Part shown: positions 50,750 to 64,000 of the stretch, one piece after another
Numbering within the stretch: the first letter of the stretch is position 1
How the letters are laid out: each line of letters starts with the position of its first letter
Assembly: GCA_043228905.1 (NCBI GenBank)
Contig: JBHGNT010000013.1
Coordinates: 2,418,001 to 2,482,000, forward strand
Length of the DNA stretch: 64,000 nucleotides
Direction: 5' to 3'
Source: Azolla caroliniana
Lineage: Eukaryota; Plantae; Polypodiophyta
The notes under the pieces: generated by a model
What the model was told of the DNA's origin: nothing
Seen by the model: the letters and a program-made list of their open reading frames with translations, nothing else
The model's database searches: none
Program-made: the position numbers and the translations under genes

Positions 50750-53700
50750 CTACCGATTTCGTCCCCGAGTCGTATTGCATGAATTGGGGCTCGACTTATT
50801 TGGATATTGATGATGAACTTCAGCTACCAGATCAGAGGTGTTGTCAAGGTTCTCGGCTAGTTCCCAAGTACGACCATTAGGTGTATAACCTAACCAGTCG
50901 ACGAGATAATAAAGCTTCTTACATACTATCATGGAGTCTAGAACAACTTTGACTTTAAATTTTGGACCGGAAACAAGTTGAACCGGAGGTGGGGGTAGAA
51001 CAACCCGATCTAGAATGGAACTAGCATTGTAAGGTTCCAACAATGAGACAGGAAATACTGGGTGTAGATGCATGTGTGGGGGCAGATCAAGGCAAAATGC
51101 AACATCATTGATTTGATGAGAGATAATAAATGGACCAAGTGTAAAAAATCCACCCAATCATCCTGTTGATAATTGATGAAACATCGAAGATATTGTTCTA
51201 GAGTTTGATTTGTGCGTCTGTTTGACCGTCACTTTGTGGATGATAGCTTGAAGAAAGTTTACAAGAGACTTTGAGCATTTCAAGCAACTGTTTCCAGAAT
51301 TTTGAGATGAATTGTGAGCCCCGATCACTAATGATGTCATTTGGAAGACCATGAAGCTGAAATACTTCTTTCATAATGATGTCTGCAGTTTCTATACTAT
51401 TGATAGTTTTTGTGCATGGAAGAAAATGCGCCATCTTTGTGAATCAATCTATTACAATGAGGATAGCATCGAAACTCTTTGAAAGTGGAAGATTTGTTAT
51501 AAAGTCCACAAAGATGGATTTCCTCGGACCAGTAGAAATTGGCCATGGATGTAATAACCCATATGGTCGATGTCGTGGAATCTTTGATCGGCAACACACG
51601 GCACAAGTACGAACATAATCCTCAACAAACTCCCGAAGATGAGGCCACCAATAGTTTCGAGAAACTAGCTCCAAAGTTTTGTGGATTCCAAAGTGATCAA
51701 CCATTGGGTTGTCATGACAATATTGCATTCCTTGGAGTCAAGATGAACCATTGGGGATATACAAAAGAGTGTTACGAAAAAGTAACCCATTTTTCCATTG
51801 AAATTGGCTATAATCTTTACAAGGATACTTGGATTTTGAAGAAGATGCACGATCTGAAATGATATGATTCAATCCATCTTGAGGAAAGTCATCAGAAATG
51901 ATACCTATTTGGATTGAATCAAGGAGCCAAGAATCTTCATGTGCTTTAGAGGCATTAATAGTCAATAGTCGAAACCGATCAGGCCCGAGGATGACTTGCT
52001 TTTGATGATCAAATGTGGGCTCACCTGGTTGTGGTGCTAAATAAGATCGTCGTGATAGAGAGTCTGCCTTTCCTTGTTGTACTCCAGGGAAATATGTGAT
52101 GAGGAAGTCAAAATGCGTCAGGAATTGTGTCCAACGAGCTTGGCGTCGACTCAAGACTCTAGCATTTTGAAAGTATGTGAGGTTTTTATGATCATTGTAA
52201 ACAATGATTTGGTGGGGAGAACCTTCTAAGAGATGCCTCCATTGTTCAAACAAATCTATAATGGCCAGGAGCTCTTTGTCGTGAATCTCATAATTGATCT
52301 CTGCAGCTTCGAATTTGCCTCATCTCCAACCTGCGACAAGATAGTTCCTAGTGCAAAATCAGACGCATCCGCCTCGATGATTAAGGGTTTTTCTAGGTCA
52401 GCTTGATGTAGAATAGGAGCAGAAGTGAATGCTCTCTTTAGGTTTTCAAAAGCTTTGGCCGCATTCGAACTCAAATGTGAACGACTTGTTCTTTCATGAA
52501 AGCTCCGTGAGAGGCATCACGATGTTCGAGTAGTTCTTAATAAAATTGCGGTAAAACTGTGCAAATCCTAAGAAACACTGAACCTCACGCACTGGGCGAG
52601 GTGTTTCCCAATTTAGAACTGTCTGCACCTTGAAGGGATCCATAGATATACCTTGTTGTGAAACCACATACCCTAGAAACTCCACGTGGTTTTGATCAAT
52701 GCTATATTTCTCGAGTTTGGCATAGAGCCCGTATTCTCGTAAGCATTGGAGGACTTGGCGGACATGTGTGTCATGCTCTTCTTGACTTTTTGAGTAGATC
52801 AAGATGTCATCAAGATATACTATGGTAAATGAATCCAAGAAGTCGCAAAAAATATCATTCACCATGTGTTGAAAAACTATGGACACATTCGTGAGACCAA
52901 AAGGCATAATCGTACTCGAAATGTTTGTATTGAGTACGGAATGCTATCTTCCATTCGTCTCCTGGACCTATCCGAACAAGGTTATATGTGCCTCGAAGGT
53001 CTAGCTTTGTGAAAACTTTAGCTCCACAAAGACGCTCTAGTAAACTCGATATCAAGGGTAGAGCATATCTATTTTGAAATATCATTTTGTTTAAACCTCG
53101 ATAATCTACGACGAATCGTAATGACCCATCTTTCTTCTTGACAAAGAATATGGGTGCACCAACAGGGCTTTTAGAATGTCGAAGGAATCCATTTGCTAGG
53201 TGCTCATCTATATACTCTCGGAGGGTCTTGAGTTCAGAAGGTGATAGATTATATATTTGGCCCCATGGTGGCTCTTTCCCAGGTTGTAGATCGATCGGAC
53301 AATCATAAGGACGATGGCCTGGAAGAGAACTAGCTTTAGTTTTGTTGAAGATGTTCTCAAAATTCAAGTACTTAGTAGGGAGGTGAGTACATGCCCCTTG
53401 TGAACTAGAGGATGGATTTGCCGTTACTGCAAAAACAAACATTTCATTTTTCCGCCCGTCTTCTCGTAAGTTTTGTAGAGATATGAGCAAGATTTGGTGA
53501 GGTTTTGAATCTTGGTTGGTAGTAACAAAGCTATTGGCCTCAGGTTTCTGGTGGAAATAATTTATTGATGTTTTTCTATAGTCAATGTCAGGATTATGAA
53601 GCTCAAACCAAGGCAAACCAAGGATAACCGGATGCTCAGGGCTACTAATTCTATTGAAGGAAATCACACAAGCAAAGTTACCACGGACTACTCGAATCGG

Positions 53701-54929
53701 ATCGTATTCTTCGACTATATCCCCAAATGCAATAGGGAGATCATCAATAACTACAACGGATGCAGGACAAGGGAGGTTTCTCAATAGGATTTTTTGGGAT
53801 AAAGCAAATTCTTTGTCCATAAAACAAGAGTTGGCTCCTGAATCTAAGAGAGCAGATGCAAGAACTCGATGACCCCTAGAAGTGCTAAGCTCAACTTGTG
53901 CTGAAAAAACTCAGCTAACATGATTTGATAAAATGGAACCGCTACTTGGGGATGACTTTACATAGTCTGGTTTGTCCAACCAAATGGCTCCGATTTTGAT
54001 TGGTCTTATTCGTTTAATATTTCATCAAGTTGACTCAAGACCTCAAAACTATTGGATTGGCCTAGACATGTCGGACTACTATGGATAGATAATCTAACTG
54101 GGGAATTGAAATTAAGTTTCTCACTAGTACTTACTTGATTTACTTGTCCTTTTGCCTATGTGGGCAGGTGATTGCTATGTGTCCCGGACCACCACAATAC
54201 AAACATAGACGGTCGTGACATTAGTTGACGTTCTGAACATCACTCGAATAAACGATTGTCACATCGCACCGCACGACTTATTGCTTCTGTAAGAGATCTT
54301 GGATCTTCGTAGAAAGTTAATAACAAATCATTTACATCATTTTGTAGTCAATGGAGAAACTGATCCATTAATGCTTCTTCATCCCATGGAATATCACAAG
54401 TTAGGAGGCGGAAATGATGTTAATTATCCCCTTGACACAGTCTTCGAATTTTATTGATTGCCGTTCTGACACTATCAGTGGTGCAAACCATGCTAATGTT
54501 GTTCCTGTTAAGAGGATTCCTACTAGTCCAACTCGAGTTGTATCGGTTGGATATCCATTAGGATGCATATGAACTACTAGACGCACCCGATTTAGAAATC
54601 CTTGAAATTGTGATCAATTACCATCGAACTTCCTAGGCAAACAAATATTTGGTTCTTTGGGAGAGCTTTGTTGCATCAAAGCTTGTTGACAAAGAGACCG
54701 CAATGTTGTTTGGAGTTGCAATACACGTGTTGATAACTCGTCATATTGTTGCGCCTTTTCTAGGCTTACTTGTTGTAAATCTCCAAGCAATCGTTGATTC
54801 TCTTGCTCTAGAGCCAAAAACTTATTTGTGAGATGCTCGAGCTCAGAGACAACTCAAACATACTCTTGTTTGCTAACGGACTCCATGGTGACGATAACAC
54901 TTGATAGGATTCTCAAGAAAAAGAAGGAA

Positions 54930-54989
<60 letters not shown>

Positions 54990-55232
54990 GAGAGAAGATA
55001 TTCTGCTTCAAACTGTCAAGGCCTTAGCTTGACAAAAAAAGATTGAACAAGAGAGGAAAAGAAAGAGAAAACAATGGCTATATTTTTATTATAATAGGAA
55101 AATATATGTTGTAAATTATAATATCTTTACGTAAAACATATATAACCAAATTGTTAGAGTTGAGTGCTCCTCTTTTGGAGGTCATGACTTCGACTCACCC
55201 TAAACCTCATGGGGTTTCATCTACTCATGACA
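50750..55232 (-). mobile_element. Chromovirus (Tcn1-like) Gypsy, decayed: 5' LTR (~54902-55232), gag, PR, RT, RH, INT, chromodomain
   Basis: PR LLDSGA, RT VKKKDGSLRFVVDYRGLN / YLDDILIYS, RH EADASDFALG, INT DHFG..CAVC, chromodomain YYLVDWLGY; domain order PR-RT-RH-INT. Confidence 0.95.
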
Positions 55233-56453
55233 TCTTGTATCCATTCTCATTCTAATTTAATACATTCATTCTTCTCTTATCATTTCATTCCTCTCTTTTC
55301 GTGATCTCTTTATATCGTTCTTCAGTAGCTCTATCCTCTGTCTTGGTTCTGACACATAGAGCCTTTCCAAGAAGCCAACAATTTAGAGCCATTTCAATAA
55401 ATTGCTCCTCCTTCACTATACAATCTCATTGTATTCAAACATTGGTGATGACAAAATTTCCTAAACCAACTCCAAGTTTCTTTGAAATCATTATCAAAAA
55501 TATTCATTTCTGCAACCAATCATCGAGCCTTGTTTGTAGACTGTAATACCTGATGGAGGCAATGCAATTAACAATCGATGAGATGAATAAATTCAAGCAT
55601 AAAAACATTCCTTTAATTTAGGGTATCTCTAATTTAAGCATAAAAATAGGTTTTAGAGGATTCTCTAAAAACTATTTTTATTATATTTTCATCTTTGTTG
55701 AGCACATATTCATACCTCATCCTTCTTCTTTATCAAACTTCTAATGATTGATTAAATTATACCAAATTTCTACCTTGCTGCGAAGACGAGATGATGGTTG
55801 TTCTATTAACTCCAAAATTTGTAGGTTTGGTTCATTATTCAAATGAGGTCGAAGACCTCGCTTGTGGGTTGAATTCATCTTTGTAATGTTAATTAACTGA
55901 TTTTAGATTGACTTAATTAGGAGTAAGGTTTTGACATGATTAAAATTTCAAATTCCATCAAAAAACACCAATTTAAGGAAGAAAAAGAAGGAGAAGGAGA
56001 AGGAGAAAGATGGAAAGGGGAAGAAGAAGACAATGGTGACCACCACCACCATAATGGACAGAGGGCATATTGGAAGAGAAGAATCAAATGAAAGAATGAA
56101 AGAAGAGGAAAGCAGAACCACGACAACAAAGAGGAGAGAAAGAAGAAGAACGAAGGGAACAAGAAGCTATGGTGTAATGCGTAAGGTGTGTAATGTGTAA
56201 CATGAAATGTTAATGTGTGAATGTGAGGAAGAGTGTGTACACATGCACATTTGGCTATTTGTGTGCATGTGTACAAATGTGAGAGACAAGGGTAAGTAGG
56301 TGTAACTACCCCCATTTGGCTTTTTGTACTATATATAAACCCCCACCCATGGGGCATGAAAAGGAGAAATATAGTGAAGTTACCCCTGAACTTGTGCTTG
56401 TCTTGATTTTCCCTCAACCCTTTTTCTTTCTTTTGCTTCTTCATCTTTTCTAC

Positions 56454-56501
<48 letters not shown>

Positions 56502-57586
56502 TCTCGTTGTTCCTCTCTCTCTGCAACGGTCATGCTGCCTCTCTCTGCAACAGTCGTGCTGTTGTTGCCATGCTGTTGTCGTTGTTGTTTGCGACGTCTG
56601 TCACCGCCTACTACCGTGCTGCACTTTCTCTCTCCCCCCCATCGTGTTGTCGTCTGTTGCCACGCGGCCGCCTCTGACGTTTGCTGCCGTCTATTGCCGT
56701 GCTGCCGTCTGTCGCCGTCTATTGCCATCTGCGTGTTGGACGACTTGCTGCCGTTCGTCATTGACCATCATAGTCACTGTTGCCATTGCCGTGTTCTTCT
56801 CCTTCTTGTTCTTGACGTTGCTGAGTGCCGTGTTTCTTTTCTTGGCGGCGCATTCTTGTTCTTTTAGCGTGCTCGGCGCGTGCAAAATGCCGAGGTGACT
56901 GCGACATACACACAAACTTGGCTAAGTTTCGAACCCATTTATTTTATGTTTTTTTCTTATTGACACTACAATGTCTAAACGATAGGAACATAAGGATACA
57001 CAAGACGAGGCTATAAGTAAGGAGGACTTTTTAGATATGTTTAACCATTTAACAAAAATAGAGATGGATATGAAAAAATGGGTGAAAGACGCCGAAACCC
57101 ACAAGAAAAAAGATAGAGAGGAAAAATACGCCCTCAAGGCCGAAATAGAAAAACTTAAAGAGGAAAACACAAACCTCAAACAACAACTTAATGACATCGA
57201 GGTATCCCGAGAGGATGGTGAAATATCCTCCATAGAGGATATAAAAGATGAGATCAAAATAGTTAAAGAGGAGGTTAAAAATAACATAGAGTTAGCAAAA
57301 CGGGTTGGGTAGATGTGGTTAAAAGAAACATTAAAAAAGAAATAAAGCATGAAAATATTGTTAATACCACCCTCGAAGAGGAGAAAATGCGTTAGGCCCG
57401 ACGCCTAAATGTGCATGTCACTGGGCTCAAGGAAGGTGCATCCCCGGACGAGGATGCACAAACACTCGGGAAAATGTTAGGGTACACAACGACCCTACCT
57501 ATCACCAAAGCTTGAAGGGACGGACGCGCCACAACTAGGAAGAGAGCCTTAGTTCTTCAATTTAAGGACTTAGACTCGAGAATCAC

Positions 57587-57970
57587 TGTAGAAAGTAGCG
57601 TGCGGAAGTAGGTATGAAGACCGAACAGAAGGAAGAAAACTCAGGTTTAATGGAGAGCTTGAGCTTACGCAGTATGCGCGGGAGAGACAGAGAGAGAACA
57701 CAAGAAAATATATTCAACAATAATACTCAGTCTGTACATAAGACGTGCTCAGTGAACACTTTTATACAAGCCCTAGAAGGACTGACCGAAGTACTGACAG
57801 TACTTCAATGCTCATCAAGAGCTCCTACACTAACTCCCAAATATATTCCTCACAGAATATCTTTCCTAACGACCTCCCGGTTTACGCACTCGGCCTAACC
57901 GTCGGTCCCAACCGATCCGGTCCTCGGCTTCTTCAGCCGAACCGGCCGATGTTGAGCTTGTCTCTCAACA
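57587..57970. mobile_element. Solo LTR (Copia, related to the 23476 LTR) inserted in LINE ORF1
   Basis: TGTAGAAAG...CTCAACA, 384 bp, 5-bp TSD ATCAC (57582-57586 / 57971-57975). Confidence 0.93.
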
Positions 57971-58171
57971 ATCACTTTCTTTAAGAAGAGACCAATTCTT
58001 CGAGGATTGGGTGGGGACCCTATCTATCTCGATGAAGACCTCACCAAGATGCAAATTGAGCATCACAAGAGTTGTATGCCAAAGGTTATGCAAGCTCATA
58101 AAGAAGGCCATCGTGCCTTTTATCGAGATGGGCGAGTGATCATAAATGATCGCACTACTAATTGACGGCAT

Positions 58172-61100
58172 GTGGCCCATGTGACAGAAAACACACTTAG
58201 GATAACCTTATGGAATTGTAACGGCGCACTCTGGACACACCCCGGCCGACTAGAGGAGATATTAAAGGAATCAGATATAGTTTTCCTAGTAGAAACACAC
58301 CAAAACCCAAATAGGGGACTCCCAAGAGTCGAAGGATTTCGTTGGGAGTTGGCTTTTAGACAAACCTCATGTCGATGCACTACCAGGGGACCTGGAGGTG
58401 TCGCAATATTGTTTCGGAGGGAGCTACATAATAGGATAGAAATACTGAGCACAGACCCAGAAGCTCGTTTTATGTGGGTGAAAGTCTCCACAAGCAAGGA
58501 CAAGGCAGTATTTTTCGCCATTTGTTACTTCCCCCCGAAAGGCTCTCGTTATAATCTGGCTGACGAGGCGAGATTAGTTGATGAAGGAGTGCCACATGGG
58601 CCTTCCCCATATGAACCTCTATTGGATGACATAATCCGATATTCTTCCCAAGGAGAAGTATTCCTTGTAGGAGACTTTAATGCGAGAACCCAATCCCGAC
58701 AATGCACAATATTTCAAATGAATAGAAACCTAGAAATGGTAAATGTCGATCCTTTAGACATAGACACCACACGTAGATCAAAGGATCAAGGTGCGGACGC
58801 CACGAGCTTTGGCCATCATTTGCTTGAACTTGGCAGTCGGCACCAGATGGTCATATATAATGGTTTAGCCAAGTGGCCAGGTTCGGAAGAGCTCACATGT
58901 TTCCCACATGGAGGAGGGGAAAGCACAATTGATTATCTAATAGCATGCCCTGAAGCTACCCACATGATTAACTCCTTCCGAGTGGCCCCATGTCTTATTG
59001 GCGCGGACCATAGTTTCTTATACTTCGAGCTAAAATGTGATATCTCTAACGTCACCAACTCTAGTCAACCACACCATGACATCACAATACATTTCACACA
59101 TGAGCTCTCTGACATATATACTCGACATGTTCAAGCCCATCTCTCCTCCCTTGATCCCTCCCTAGCTTTAGAGAGCCTTAGTACGAAACTCACACACATC
59201 CTTCACTCTGCAACAGTTAGCAGTTTCCCATACACGAAACACTCCAATCAAGCTAAAGTAGGATCTATGCCACAAAATAGATGGTATGATGAGGATTGTA
59301 GGTGCTTACATAGACAACTTACAATATCACAACTCAGTGGTAGTATTACCTCAGTACAAGCTCATAAAGAAATGCGCAAGATGACACGTTGTAAGAGACA
59401 AGCATGGGAGGCATCCCAATATTGGGAACTCTACCATATGCTCATGAGTAACGATTGTGCCACTGCATGGAAGAGATTATGAGAACCAAGACCACAAACA
59501 CCCATCAAAGATCCCGAAACTTGGCACACTTATACAGAGAGACTTTGCCAAATCCCAAACCAACCACCCATTCCAATGCCTTCTACACCGTGACCTACTG
59601 TGGGGACACTCTTCACGACCTCTAGGGTCACGAAGGTCATAAAGAAATTACAACATAGGAAGTCCATGGACCACACAGGATTGCGAGCAGAACACATCAT
59701 ATATGCGAGAGAGTGCCTAGCTCCCTTGCTAACTCTAATCTTCAATCGTGCCCTCACAGAGGGTTTTCTACCACAATGGACCATGAACACAGTGGCCCCC
59801 ATACATAAAGGGGGGGATCCCATGGACCCAAATACTTATAGGACCATTATGATAGGTCATACCCTTGCTAAATTATATGGTGCAATAATGGAGGCAGAGC
59901 TTAGCGATTATATGGAGACCTTAAATCTTCGTTCACCTGAACAAGTTGGCTTTAGACGAGCCTTCTCCACTATTGATCATATCTTCACACTTAGATGCTT
60001 AATTGACCAGACTAAGGCTCGCAAGAAGAAACTATATTGTTGTTTTGTGGACTTCCGCAAAGCCTTTGACACAGTCCCTAGAGAGCGGTTGTTTGATAGG
60101 CTTAAGAGCTTGAGGATACCATATGACTTCGTTTGGGCCATCTATGCACTATATGAACAAGTGTCCGGGTGTGTTCGATGCCCAGGTGGCATATCCAATA
60201 GTTTCATTAGCAGTATTGGTGTAAAACAAGGTTGCCCCTTATCTCTGACTCTTTTTGGGATCTACATTGATGAGATCACAGATTTTATTGCTCGTAAGGG
60301 AGGCAATGGAGTAGTCCTTGGGGATACACAGGTGCGTATCTTGCTTTATGCAGACGACATAGTTTTGCTCTCTGAATCCGAACACGACCTACAAAGGCAC
60401 CTTAATGCCTTAGATGTCTTTTGCACACAACGAGGATTGGTAGTGAATCTAGGAAAAACTAAAGTCCTTATCTTCCACACGTTGGCCCAAGTTAGACCTA
60501 GGTGTCACCTAACTATCTTCCATAGCCCAGTTGAGGTGGTTGGATCATATGTTTATCTCGGAGTCACTTTCAGTGCCCGCTCAAGTAAATTTTCGATGAC
60601 ACAAGCAACGAAGGATAGACTTACAAGAGGACATGCATCCATCTCACTCCTCGAGAGACAATGCCACCAAGCATACTTCCAAGAGCCACGAACTAAAGGG
60701 TGGCTCTTTGACTCATTAGTGACTCCCTCTCTCATGTATGCATCAGCGGTTTGGGCTCCAAGACTACCATCTTTCATGTGGACGCAATTAGAGAGACCAT
60801 TGGTGATGATGTTATCACGCCAACTCCGAAGCAAATCATCGGTCCCACATGACATTATTAGGGCTGAGTTCACTCTACCCCCTATGTTAGTAGAAGCACT
60901 TTTTCAACTTGTAGTCTTTATCCACAAGATACATAACCAACCACTTGATAGAATATCCCATCAAGCCTTTAAGGCTTCTTGAGCACTGTATGAGTCCGGC
61001 TATACTACCTCATGGTATGGCATGATGGTGAGTTGGCTTCTTGCCAACGGTCTAGACATTAATAACCTCCCCCCCCTTAAGTACGACCACACGTCTGATA

Positions 61101-61915
61101 ACACTTTAATCTCTCATGAGGACCGTAATAAAGTAATATGCCAAGAAATATGGCAAATTTATACTCGGTATAAATGGATCACCCCACTAGAGCCACTCCC
61201 ATATAAAATGTCGTACTATAAGGAACACTTTATGCACTTCTCTAAGTTAGGTTTTATCACACGGCCAAGATATCTAGATGTATTCTTACCACATGCACTA
61301 AGGGTTGCCATTGGTCAACTTAGAATATCATCTCACCAACTTGAGATTGAGAATGGACGTACTAATCGAGTCCCTATGGAGGAAAGGATATGTAGGTTAT
61401 GCCACATAGAGATAGAGGATGAGTACCATTTTACATGCAAATGCCCCACCTATGCTGAGATAAGGGCAAAATACCAAGACATACTTGGTTCCTCTCCCAC
61501 CCTCCCTAAACTATTAGATACACTAGATATAACGAAATTAGGTAGATACATCTTATAATTGAAACAACACAGAGAGAATAAGTTACAAAATGTTGATAAT
61601 AATGTTGCTAATGTTTACCAACATGTAACAAATGAAGTTTTCCAAGAACAGGGGGAGACAATGAATGTCGACACACCTGCACCACTCAGGCTTTTCTTTG
61701 ATGAAGCAGAAAATCAAAGAAGAACCAAACGCCCTTGGATGCCGGGTTTCAAAGCAACTCGACAAGATGTAGAAGCAATAAAGAAAATAAGGGAACGTGA
61801 ACTACACCACCTAGAAGCCATGGCTAGGGCACTCTATGCATCGGGACCATGGGTCACACCCACACCAAAAACTTTTGACCTCCCACTTCTTTTTGAGAGA
61901 CTTGGGTGGAAATGA
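58172..61915 (+). pseudogene. LINE ORF2: AP endonuclease, reverse transcriptase and C-terminal zinc-finger region, with a frameshift and stops
   Basis: LWNCNG, LVETH, VGDFNAR, STIDY, ADH (APE); FVDFRKAFD, GVKQGCPLS, LYADDIVL, YLG (RT); RICRLC..EDEYHF..C. Confidence 0.93.
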
Positions 61916-62096
61916 GATTAGGCTTAGTGCAAAGTTTTGTACACTACTAGAACTCTCTTAGCTTAAGCTATTTTCTTTTATTTTAGTTTTGATGATTGGA
62001 TAAACACTCATTTTTGTTGTAAACAAATTGTCTCATGGACCAAATTTGGCCTTAGAAGATGTTAATATATCTTTCTTTCTATCCTCTCACATTCCA

Positions 62097-62745
62097 ACCC
62101 ATCAACAATATTCCTCTTACCATAGCGATAAAATTTGGAGTTTGAGGACTCCCGTGGTTTTTCCCTTTCCGTGTTTTCCACATTAAATCTTGGCTCCACC
62201 CCCACCCATCAATAATATTCCTCCTACCATAGTGATCAAGTTCAGAGTTTGTGGACTCCCGTGGTTTTTCCCTTTCAGGTTTTTCTACGTTAAATTTTGT
62301 CTCTGGCTACCATAGTGATAAAGTTCGGAGTTTGAGGACTCTCGTGGTTTTTCCCTTTCCGTGTTTTCCACGTTAAATCTTGGCTCCACCCCCACCCATC
62401 AACAATATTCCTCCTACCATAGCGATAAAGTTCGGAGTTTGAGGACTCCCGTGGTTTTTCCCTTTCTGTGTTTTCTACGTTAAATCTTGGCTCCACCCCC
62501 ACCCATCAATAATATTCCTCCTACCATAGTGATCAAGTTCAGAGTTTGTGGACTCCCGTGGTTTTTCCCTTTCAGGTTTTTCTACGTTAAATTTTGTCTT
62601 TGGCTCCACCCCCCACCCATCAACAATATTCCTCCTACCATATGATAAAGTTAGGAGTTTGTGGACTCCCGTGGTTTTCCCTTTCCGGGTTTTCCACATT
62701 AAATCTTGTGTCTCTGTACTTGTGTTTTCTGCCATTTCAATCTTT
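62097..62745 (+). repeat. ~110-bp tandem repeat, about 6 units
   Basis: Same unit as 10430-10785. Confidence 0.92.
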
Positions 62746-63165
62746 GCCCCCGCATACGCATTGCCGAGGTCCGGCTGTGGCTGGTTGCATATTGTCATAA
62801 ACATCGGCTCAAATTTTAGCCTTAGGTCCTTGTATATATATATTTCTCTTAGACAAACTTTATCTGACTTTAAACCTTTGTATAAAGCGTGGTATGTAAG
62901 ACTCAGTATGTAAGACTTGGCATGCAAGAATTAGTATGCTTGATTTTATTGTATACATAAGACTTGGCATGAGCATGCTTATCATGCATCACTACATGTA
63001 TAAAAAGGGTTGATCTCCCTTGTTAACATCAAGGACATCAACACTAGTCATGGAATAGTTATTCTCACTCATTTTCATCAACTTCCCCATTCTCCTATCT
63101 TCCAACTATTCATCTGTGACAAATTGATCTCCTTCCTTCTTTTTCTTCTTTCTCAATACCCTATT

Positions 63166-64000
63166 ATGTTAGAATCATTTAGTAGCCTTGACCAAATATT
63201 GGCGGCCCTGCAACAACTCCAACATGAGAATGCAAACTTGCGAAACTCCGTCCAAGAACTTCAGGCGGCCACAACAGTCATACCTTACCCAATTATTGAC
63301 CCTTTTTGCCACGGAACCCAATGTTAGCTTGCCAGATAAATTCGATGGAACGAGTTCACAATTAAGAGGCTTCATCAACTAGATCCGCCTTATTATTCGC
63401 CTTCAGCCCTGACGCTATTTTGATGACTTTCGACGATTCAGGCTCATCGGCACATTGCTGACAGGACAAGCCCAAGCTTGGTTTGCCCCTCTAGTGGAGA
63501 CCTCTTCGCCCCTCTTGAGCAATTTCCAAGCATTTGTTACCGAATTTGAAGCAACTTTCAAGGAGACTGACAAACGACAAGCCGCACTAAACAAACTATA
63601 TGCATTACAACAAGGAGAAGGTGCAACATCAATCTATGCATCTGAATTTCATCAGCTCGCGTGCGATGTCGAATGGGATGGACAAGCCCTCCTTGATCAA
63701 TTCCATTGAGGATTACGAGGTGAGATAAAAAATCTTTGGCTTAACTTTCTTGAGCCCACATCCTTGAATGAGGCTATTTCCCAAGATGTGTGGTGCGATA
63801 ACCGTCTCTTTGAGTTCGGACAAGAGGAATGTCCTCACTGGATCCATCCACCTTGGCTAGCCGCGACACGAAGTCACCTACCGTGGTTGAAGCCCCCAAC
63901 ACCCATGTCATCCTCCACTTAATCTTCAACTCCCGCCATAGATTCTAGCTCCCCAATGGAGATCAATCAAATTCGCTTCCGACCATTGACGAATGTGCTA
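63166..64000 (+). pseudogene. Chromovirus-type Gypsy gag, decayed, runs off the window
   Basis: EPNVSLPDKFDG, AQAWFAPLVE, LQQGE; stops and a frameshift. Confidence 0.85.

Larger units (their letters stand above)
56500..62075 (+). mobile_element. Non-LTR retrotransposon (LINE, RTEX-like), near full length
   Basis: GC-rich 5' region after (TC)n; coiled-coil ORF1 remnant 57037-58160; APE-RT-CCHC ORF2; absent from the homologous site at ~10380-10410; ends approximate. Confidence 0.85.

Noticed and set aside
55917-56915. Overlapping 100-180 aa ORFs (also 9901-10538)
   Set aside because: Arise from low-complexity GAA/TC/GCC-rich sequence and the LINE 5' region.

Overview
Eukaryotic, repeat-dense plant genomic DNA with no recognisable host protein-coding gene. 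The retroelement types suggest a fern or other non-seed plant (inference). Most of the window is three differently deleted tandem copies of one nested-retrotransposon unit: tRNA-Pro gene, chromovirus-type Ty3/Gypsy gag, Ty1/Copia fragments, a tRNA-Trp-primed gag-only LTR element, a chromodomain Gypsy and a ~110-bp tandem repeat. Younger insertions are a structurally complete Copia (23476-29357, TSD AAGAT), a Tnt1/Tork-like tandem Copia (29995-43913), a LINE (~56500-62075) and a solo LTR. The standout is a ~7.8-kb non-autonomous TIR DNA transposon (33007-40789; 37-bp TIRs, CTTA target duplication) that splits the Copia protease region. It carries a convergent U2 + U1 spliceosomal snRNA gene pair, each with its own USE/TATA promoter and a candidate 3' box. 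The pair is bracketed by ~615-bp direct repeats and palindromic AT-rich subterminal arrays. Other observations are outward-facing tRNA-like A/B boxes near the U3 ends of three LTR families, a heat-shock-element array in an LTR region, and a fold-back/template-switch repair scar. All calls come from reading the sequence; fragment boundaries are approximate unless a TSD or TIR is given.
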